The notes under the pieces are model-generated. The model was not told where the DNA came from. It ran no database searches and saw only the letters and a list, made by a program, of their open reading frames with translations. Below are positions 58,074-64,000 of a DNA stretch of 64,000 nt, piece after piece. The DNA comes from an uncultured delta proteobacterium (GTDB lineage Bacteria; Desulfobacterota; Binatia; UBA9968), in assembly GCA_963816145.1 (NCBI GenBank), contig CAWFJP010000001.1:96001-160000 (forward strand). The letters run 5' to 3'. Positions within the stretch are counted from its first letter, which is position 1; each line of letters begins with the position of its first letter. A program made the translations under genes and the position numbers.

Positions 58074-58438
58074 GCCGCCTCCCGATGGACCGATCCGTGC
58101 CGCCCGCGTTTTTGCGTCGGCGCGGGGACCGCCGCCGATTCACGCAAACCGCGACGCACATAGTCTGGCTCGAGCGCGAGCAGCTCGCAGACGTTTTCGA
58201 ACGAGAACAACCAGTGCTCGCCTTCGTTCATGAACCAGTCGTTGACCTCGCGAAAGTGCTCTTTACCGGCGCGGTCGCGCGCGCTGCGGTACTTTTGATA
58301 AAGATGAATCGCATCTTCGAGCAGCGCCAGGAGCAACGCCTTCTCCGGCTCCAAGTATTCGCTGCGGCGGAAGGTATCGAAGAATCGGCGTGGAGCATCG
58401 TTATCGTTACCGACAATGGCAAAGACCGGTTCGTCCAT
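58070..58438 (-). CDS. Hypothetical protein leading the pnt operon
   Basis: AAGGAG RBS; EPEKALLLALLEDAI...WF...FSFENVCELLALEPDYVRRGL; 4-nt overlap with pntAA. Confidence 0.8.
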   Translation of the reverse strand: MDEPVFAIVGNDNDAPRRFFDTFRRSEYLEPEKALLLALLEDAIHLYQKYRSARDRAGKEHFREVNDWFMNEGEHWLFSFENVCELLALEPDYVRRGLRESAAVPAPTQKRGRHGSVHREAA

Positions 58439-58494
58439 GGCTATTACTCCTTCTCGGTTTAGCAGCGCGTCGCAGGCTGCTGTAAGACGTATTC

Positions 58495-58508
58495 GCAACG
58501 CTTATGCC
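58495..58508 (-). promoter_or_regulatory. sigma-54 -24/-12 promoter (hyp-pnt operon)
   Basis: Minus strand (T)GGCATAAGCGTTGC. Confidence 0.75.
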
Positions 58509-58743
58509 ACGAGAATTTCGGCGCTTTTCCGCCCCCTCTTCGCAACCTTGCGATGAACATGATGGCTTCTTCTCAGCGTTAGGAATTGCCCCGCTCGGAA
58601 AGGCTTCCACCACAAATACTACCCGTTGGCATCACGCGCCAAGCTACTTGGACGACTCACGACGAATTGTGTCATGAGCATGCGCTCGTCTACAGAGTAT
58701 GAGATCGCCGCCCCCCAGCACCGCTATGGTTCTTCCACTGATT

Positions 58744-58946
58744 CGTCATGCCGGCGCAGGCCGGCATCCAGGAGGCTGTGTCGTAATGCGCAAATGCCCC
58801 ACATTTGTCATCCCGAGCGCAGCGAGGGATCTCGTGTTTTCAGCCACATACGAAGAAGAGATTTCTCGGCTTCACCTCGAAATGACAGTTGCGACACAGT
58901 CTCAAGGGGAGGGAGGGGATGGATACCGGCTTTCGCCGGTATGACG
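58744..58946. mobile_element. MITE copy 2 (58772-58903) nested in a REP-like inverted pair
   Basis: CGTCATGCCGGCGCAGGCCGGCATCCA-[MITE]-TGGATACCGGCTTTCGCCGGTATGACG. Confidence 0.8.
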
Positions 58947-59053
58947 GAAGCCTCATGCCAGTTCGTCGCCGAGATCGTACCTTTACTTTTGTGGGTCATC
59001 GCGTAATCGAGTGGGCGCTGACTTAATGGCAAATTACTCTCCCATGGCCGGTT

Positions 59054-59358
59054 CCTCCCTTTCGCAAAGGGAGGTTAGGAGGGATTTTTCATGGCTTGAA
59101 AGATCGTCTTCTGCACAAAATCCCCCAACCCCCTTTTCTAAAGGGGGGGACCTACAAGAACAGCATTTCTCAACAAATTTCACCCACTCGATTACGCGAA
59201 GAGCCACTTTTATTTTCTCCGGAAACTCCATCGAAAATACTTGTGCGGAGATGATCCGCGCAACGAAGAGCCAGCCGCTTCCGTCATACCCGCGAAAGCG
59301 GGTATCCAAGCTAGTTTTGCCGAAAACAAACCTCGATTCCCGCCTGCGCGGCAATAAC
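59054..59358. repeat. Two further REP-like inverted pairs
   Basis: CCTCCCTTT..AAAGGGAGG / CCCCCTTT..AAAGGGGG and CGTCATACCCGCGAAAGCGGGTATCCA / GATTCCCGCCTGCGCGG. Confidence 0.65.
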
Positions 59359-59480
59359 AAGTCGAGGAGAGGAGCCTGTAAAGGAAATTTACTCCAATTA
59401 TCTATTCTCTGGACGACTGTCAGCTCATGGCCACTTCGTGGTGAATCGATTTTTTGCGTTTCAACCAGGCCCCATACCAT

Positions 59481-59494
59481 GGCATGGCCATTGC
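59481..59494 (+). promoter_or_regulatory. sigma-54 -24/-12 promoter (hsp20-protease)
   Basis: (T)GGCATGGCCATTGC. Confidence 0.78.
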
Positions 59495-59581
59495 GTTTGA
59501 ATTTAAGTGAAGTTTTCACTGGTTCAATTGATCGGACAATGAAAAGAATTGTCCGTGCCCAAACCGCGGGAGATCCTAGCG

Positions 59582-60034
59582 ATGGCGCAGAAACAAACTG
59601 ACTTGATATCGTTTCCAATCCACCTAACGCGCGAAGTCGAACGGCTTTTCGATGAAATGATCCACCGGCCTTGGGGCTTCTGCCGCGATGTCCGCGGCTG
59701 GAATCCGTCCGTCGATCTGTACGAAACCGAAGATGCCTTTTTCCTCGAAGCCGACTTGCCGGGGGTCAAAGCCGAAGACGTCAGAGTCGAAGCGGAAAAC
59801 GGCGACCTGGTGTTGCAAGGATGGCGCTCCATCGAGACCAGCCGCAGCGAGGGCCAGTTTCACACCATGGAGCGCTCTTCAGGCAATTTCCTGCGCCGCA
59901 TCCAACTGCCGTCATCCATCGACAAAAATGCCATCGAGGCCGAGTTTCACGATGGCGTCTTGCACGTGCGGCTGCCCAAACTGAAGGGCACCAAGAGAGG
60001 AGAGGGCGATGATCGAGACAACCGGAGTCGTTGA
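59582..60034 (+). CDS. Hsp20 small heat-shock protein
   Basis: WNPSVDLYE, ADLPG, ERSSGNFLRRIQLP, DGVLHVRLPK. Confidence 0.93.
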   Translation: MAQKQTDLISFPIHLTREVERLFDEMIHRPWGFCRDVRGWNPSVDLYETEDAFFLEADLPGVKAEDVRVEAENGDLVLQGWRSIETSRSEGQFHTMERSSGNFLRRIQLPSSIDKNAIEAEFHDGVLHVRLPKLKGTKRGEGDDRDNRSR

Positions 60035-62465
60035 CAGCGAGACCAGCAATGAAGCGGCAGGCGCGCCGCGCGAACTGACCGCCGAGGAGCTGCGTTTTGT
60101 GCCCAAGATCGAGCAACACTTCGCGTCGACCCGCGAACTCGCCGGCGTCAAAGATTTTGTCGGCCAGGAACGCGCCTTGGCGTCGCTCGAACTCGGTCTC
60201 GGCGTCGCCGGCAGCGGCTATAACATTTTCGTCTCCGGTTTGACCGGCGCGGACAAGTTGGAAACGCTGCACCGTTGGGTCGCCGAACGGGCGAGCGCCA
60301 CGGCGACACCGGGCGATTGGGTTTATGTCCATGATTTCAACCATCCCGATGCGCCGCGGGCGATCTATTTGCGCGCCGGCGCCGGCAACGAGCTCAGGGA
60401 AATGATGCATGATCTGGTCAAGACCCTGCGTGAAGAACTGCCCAAGGCGTTTCGCCAGGAAGCCTTCGATAAGGAAAAATCGTCGCTGATGGAGAAGTTC
60501 AACAACCGCGCCCAGGAGCTCAACGTTCAGTTCGCCACCCTGGCGCGCGAGCGCGGCTTCCAGGTGCAGTCGAGTCCCCGCGGCCATATTTATTTTCTTC
60601 CCTTGGTCGACGGCAAGCCGCTGCAAAAGCCCCCGGACTTCGCGGCGCTTTCGGAGGACCAACGGCATGATGTCGAACGGCGCCAGCAGGAACTCAATGT
60701 CGAGCTCGAACGGTTGGCGCGCCGCCAGCAGGAAATCATGCGCGAGATGGAACAGGATATCCGCGGTGTCGAGCGGCGCTTCTGTGAGAATCTGTTACTG
60801 CCGATCTTGGGCCGCATCGCCGAGAAGCTCGACAATCCCGAGGTCAACATTTATCTCGACGAGACCCGCGAACATATCCTCAGTAATCTCGACGATTTCA
60901 AAGAAGCCGGCGCGAGCCCGATGGCATTGCCCTTCATGCCGCAGCCGCGCGAGCGCGATCCCTATCTGGAATATGAAGTCAACGTCGTCGTCGACAACGC
61001 CAAGACCCAGGGCGCGCCGATCCTGGTCGAAAGCGCGCCGACTTATTTGAATCTGTTCGGCACCATCGAGCGGGTGGTCGATCGCTTCGGCCGGGTGGTG
61101 ACCAATTTTACCCGGATCAAATCCGGCTCCTTCCTGCGCGCCCATGGCGGTTACCTGATCTTCAGTTTAGAAGACGCCATCACCGAGCCGGCGGTGTGGA
61201 AGGTTTTGAAGCGCACGCTGCGCAGCGGCCGCATCGAGATGGAAACCTACGAACCCTTCGCCATGTTCTCGGCTTCAGGGTTGAGACCCGAACCGGTCAA
61301 GGTCAACACCAAAGTGATCGTCGTCGGCAGCGCCTATCTCTATCATCTGCTCTACAGCTGGGACGACGACTTCCACGAGATGTTCAAGATCCGCGCCGAT
61401 TTCAATCCGGTGATGCCGCGCGACAACGACCACCAGTCGGCCTACGCCCACTGGGTCGGCAATTTGTGCAACGACGAGGGCATGCCCCACTTCGACGAGA
61501 GCGGCGTGGGAAAATTGATCGAGTATGGCGCCCGCGAGGCCGGCGACCGCGATAAAGTCTTGGCCTCCCACGCGACCATCGCCGACCTGGTCCGTGAAGC
61601 GGCATTCTGGGCGCGCAAGGAAGACCGCCAGCTGGTGTCGGCGCGCCATGTCGAGAAGGCGCTCGAAAGCCGGGTCTTTCGTTCCAACCGCATCGAAGAA
61701 AACATTCGCGAGCTGATCGCCAACGGCACCATCTTGGTCGATATCGACGGCAAGAAGGTCGGCCAGGTCAACGGTCTGTCGGTGATGGAGATCGGTGGCT
61801 ACGCCTTCGGCCGGCCGAGCCGGGTGACCGCCAGCGTCGGCATGGGTCAGGCGGGCATCGTCAACATCGAGCGCGAGTCGAAGCTGAGCGGCAACATTCA
61901 CGACAAGGGCATGTTGATCTTGGCCGGCTATCTGCGCAACCGCTTCGGCCAGAACCAACCGCTGGCGCTCTCCGCCAGCCTCTGCTTCGAGCAGTCCTAC
62001 GGCGGCGTCGAAGGGGACAGTGCGTCGTCGACTGAGCTTTATGCCCTGCTGTCACGACTGGCGAATCTGCCGCTGCGCCAGGACATCGCCGTCACCGGAT
62101 CGGTCAATCAATGGGGCGAGGTGCAAGCGATCGGCGGCGTCAACGAAAAGATCGAAGGCTTTTACGATGTCTGCCGCGTCGTCGGCTTGACCGGCAAGCA
62201 GGGCGTGCTGATCCCGGCGTCCAACGTGCGCAATCTGATCCTGCGCAGCGACGTCGTCAAGGCTGTAGCCGAGGGCAAGTTTCACATCTATCCGGTAAAA
62301 GTCATCGACGAAGGGATCGCCATCTTGACCGGCCGGTTCGCGCCCGGCAAGCCGGGCGACGAGACCATCAACGACGCCGTCGCCAAGCGGCTCAAGGAAC
62401 TCGCAGTGGGGCTGAAAGAATTCGCCGCGCCGGAGAAAAGCGCTGCGACAGACGGCCCGCAATGA
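60009..62465 (+). CDS. Lon-like (LonC/YcbZ-type) S16 protease with a degenerate AAA+ domain
   Basis: VGQERA, GQVNGL, FEQSYGGVEGDSASS, IGGVNEKIEG (Ser-Lys dyad); Walker A region reads GLTGADKL. Confidence 0.9.
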   Translation: MIETTGVVDSETSNEAAGAPRELTAEELRFVPKIEQHFASTRELAGVKDFVGQERALASLELGLGVAGSGYNIFVSGLTGADKLETLHRWVAERASATATPGDWVYVHDFNHPDAPRAIYLRAGAGNELREMMHDLVKTLREELPKAFRQEAFDKEKSSLMEKFNNRAQELNVQFATLARERGFQVQSSPRGHIYFLPLVDGKPLQKPPDFAALSEDQRHDVERRQQELNVELERLARRQQEIMREMEQDIRGVERRFCENLLLPILGRIAEKLDNPEVNIYLDETREHILSNLDDFKEAGASPMALPFMPQPRERDPYLEYEVNVVVDNAKTQGAPILVESAPTYLNLFGTIERVVDRFGRVVTNFTRIKSGSFLRAHGGYLIFSLEDAITEPAVWKVLKRTLRSGRIEMETYEPFAMFSASGLRPEPVKVNTKVIVVGSAYLYHLLYSWDDDFHEMFKIRADFNPVMPRDNDHQSAYAHWVGNLCNDEGMPHFDESGVGKLIEYGAREAGDRDKVLASHATIADLVREAAFWARKEDRQLVSARHVEKALESRVFRSNRIEENIRELIANGTILVDIDGKKVGQVNGLSVMEIGGYAFGRPSRVTASVGMGQAGIVNIERESKLSGNIHDKGMLILAGYLRNRFGQNQPLALSASLCFEQSYGGVEGDSASSTELYALLSRLANLPLRQDIAVTGSVNQWGEVQAIGGVNEKIEGFYDVCRVVGLTGKQGVLIPASNVRNLILRSDVVKAVAEGKFHIYPVKVIDEGIAILTGRFAPGKPGDETINDAVAKRLKELAVGLKEFAAPEKSAATDGPQ

Positions 62466-62594
62466 GGTGGCGCCGCGGGCAGCCAATTCGCAAATTCGCA
62501 AGCGGGCGCCTGCAAATCTTGCACGAATGCGAAACGATTCCGGTGCGGCGCATTTAAACCCTTGATCACGCGGCGGAAACCGCCGCGCAGCCAA

Positions 62595-62608
62595 GGCACG
62601 GCGCTTGC
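62595..62608 (+). promoter_or_regulatory. sigma-54 -24/-12 promoter (dksA-like gene)
   Basis: GGCACGGCGCTTGC(T). Confidence 0.78.
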
Positions 62609-62640
62609 TCATTCAAACACACACCAAGGAGGTAACTGCC

Positions 62641-62997
62641 ATGGAAGCGACCACAATCGACATGAGTTTCAACCGTCTCAGCAAACGACGCGAGCAGTTG
62701 CTGACAACCTTGCGCCATCTCGACGCCGAGCAAAATGAAGTCGAACGCAACACCGACTGGGTCGATGAGGCCGCCTATGATAGCCGAGTCGCCTTGCTCG
62801 ACGGACTGCGCTACGACTACCAGGCCGAGATGGCCAGGATCGATCGCGCCCTCGAGCGCATCGAAAGCCACCAGTACGGCATCTGCGCCGCTTGCAACGA
62901 TCCGATCGACCCCAAGCGGCTGGAGTCAGTGCCGGAAGCCGAGCACTGCTTCGCCTGTGAAAGTTTCCGCGAAGGGGTAGAGCAGTTCGCGGCATAG
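62641..62997 (+). CDS. TraR/DksA C4 zinc-finger protein
   Basis: DWVDEA, IDRALERI..YGICAAC..RLESVP..CFAC; AAGGAGG RBS. Confidence 0.92.
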   Translation: MEATTIDMSFNRLSKRREQLLTTLRHLDAEQNEVERNTDWVDEAAYDSRVALLDGLRYDYQAEMARIDRALERIESHQYGICAACNDPIDPKRLESVPEAEHCFACESFREGVEQFAA

Positions 62998-63500
62998 AGT
63001 AGCGCTCCGCGGAACGCGACAAGGAGTCTGGACAATCAACCGGCGAGCCGACGATCACCGAGAGATGATGACAAGATCGTACGGGTGGTCTAGGCCTACC
63101 GGTTCATAGCGGTGCGATCCAGATACCGCAGGCGGCCATGCGCCCGGGGCGGGTCAATTCATGCGGCGAGAATAGCGCCATCCGCAACAGCAAAACAGAA
63201 AAATCGCGACCTCAGGGATCGAACCCTCGTGACGAGCGATCCGTCCGGCGCCTACAGCCGCGCCGCTATGCACTCATAGGTTCGAAACTCTTGTCGGCAT
63301 TCCTGCGCCGCCCATGGCAGAATCCGGCCGGTTATTGTGTGTGAAACTTCAACGGCAACTCTGATATCTCCATGGTCGGTCAGAACAGATCTAGATTCGC
63401 CAGATAAACCGCCATCGCACTCGGCAACCGGGTGGCAGTGAAAATCGCAGGTCGGGTATTTCCTGTTCTTGCCGCATAGCGAAATCGTCCAGGAGATCAC

Positions 63501-64000
63501 ATGGTCGGCCAACTTCTCGCCGCCGCTGCTTTCATCGTTCTGCTGCTGCACACGCCATCGGCCGCCCAAGAGCGGCCCAAGCTCTTTTTTGGCGCGACCA
63601 CCAAGACCCTGGGGTACAGTCCGCTTTGGGTCGGTACCAAGCGCGGCTTTTTCGAGCAACAAGGACTCGATGTTCAATTGGTGCTGCTGCGCGGCGTGCC
63701 CATGACCTTGCAAGCGTTGGCGGCGGGATCGTTGCAAGTCGGCACCGGCGGACCGGAACCCTATATCGAGGCGAGCGAGCGCGGGCTCGACTTCGCCATC
63801 GCCGGCGGTCTCAGCAATGGCATGGCCCAAGTGCTCATCGCCGGCAAGAATTATAAAACCGTGGAAGATCTGCGCGGCGCGGCCATCGGCGCGTCCTCTT
63901 TAACCAGCAGCACGGTCACGGCATTGAAAGAGGCATTGAAACAAAAAGGTCTCGATTACCCGCGCGATTACAAACTGCTGATCATCGCCGGTGGATCGGC
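63501..64000 (+). CDS. ABC transporter substrate-binding protein (NMT1/SsuA-like), 3'-partial
   Basis: Signal peptide; PLWVGTKRGFFEQQGLDVQLV, QALAAG, VEDLRG; AGGAG RBS. Confidence 0.85.
   Translation, partial: MVGQLLAAAAFIVLLLHTPSAAQERPKLFFGATTKTLGYSPLWVGTKRGFFEQQGLDVQLVLLRGVPMTLQALAAGSLQVGTGGPEPYIEASERGLDFAIAGGLSNGMAQVLIAGKNYKTVEDLRGAAIGASSLTSSTVTALKEALKQKGLDYPRDYKLLIIAGGS

Noticed and set aside
43421-58163. Long antisense or alternate-frame ORFs (e.g. 43421-44590, 55554-56651, 56958-58163)
   Set aside because: Shadow ORFs expected from GC-rich codon usage of well-supported genes.
58626-59618. ORFs 58626-59006, 59011-59601, 59034-59618 and 38732-39022
   Set aside because: They are translations of REP/MITE sequence with no protein motifs.

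Overview
Bacterial window of moderately high GC. Gene content and repeat types suggest a Deltaproteobacteria-like lineage such as Candidatus Binatia (inference). It is a stress/dormancy-type accessory region in four parts. (1) 1-19 kb: two NarL/UvrY-type two-component systems (one a CheB-CheR-PAS-kinase fusion), two mannose-1-P guanylyltransferase-like paralogs, a kinase lacking its His, a Crp regulator among small stress proteins (BON, YtxH, lmo0937, DUF3309, CsbD) and a GH13 enzyme. (2) 19.5-37 kb: a patch of gene remnants, a P-type ATPase, YihY, phosphoketolase, a complete N-ATPase operon (atpDCQRBEFAG), PPK2 and an RNB nuclease. (3) 37.7-48 kb: a 2-TM protein plus a ThsB-like TIR protein, then cyclic beta-1,2-glucan synthase. 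(4) 48-63 kb: a cluster in which eight transcription units each have a sigma-54 -24/-12 promoter (YtxH, USPs, a third nucleotidyltransferase, YbaK, HPF-CSD, an unknown protein plus PntAB, Hsp20-Lon-like protease, DksA). Non-coding signals include a thrice-repeated operator-like motif, a 132-bp MITE in two copies (one nested in a REP-like pair) and several REP-like palindrome families. Many single-base frameshifts look like long-read errors. All family calls come from reading motifs by eye; no searches were run.
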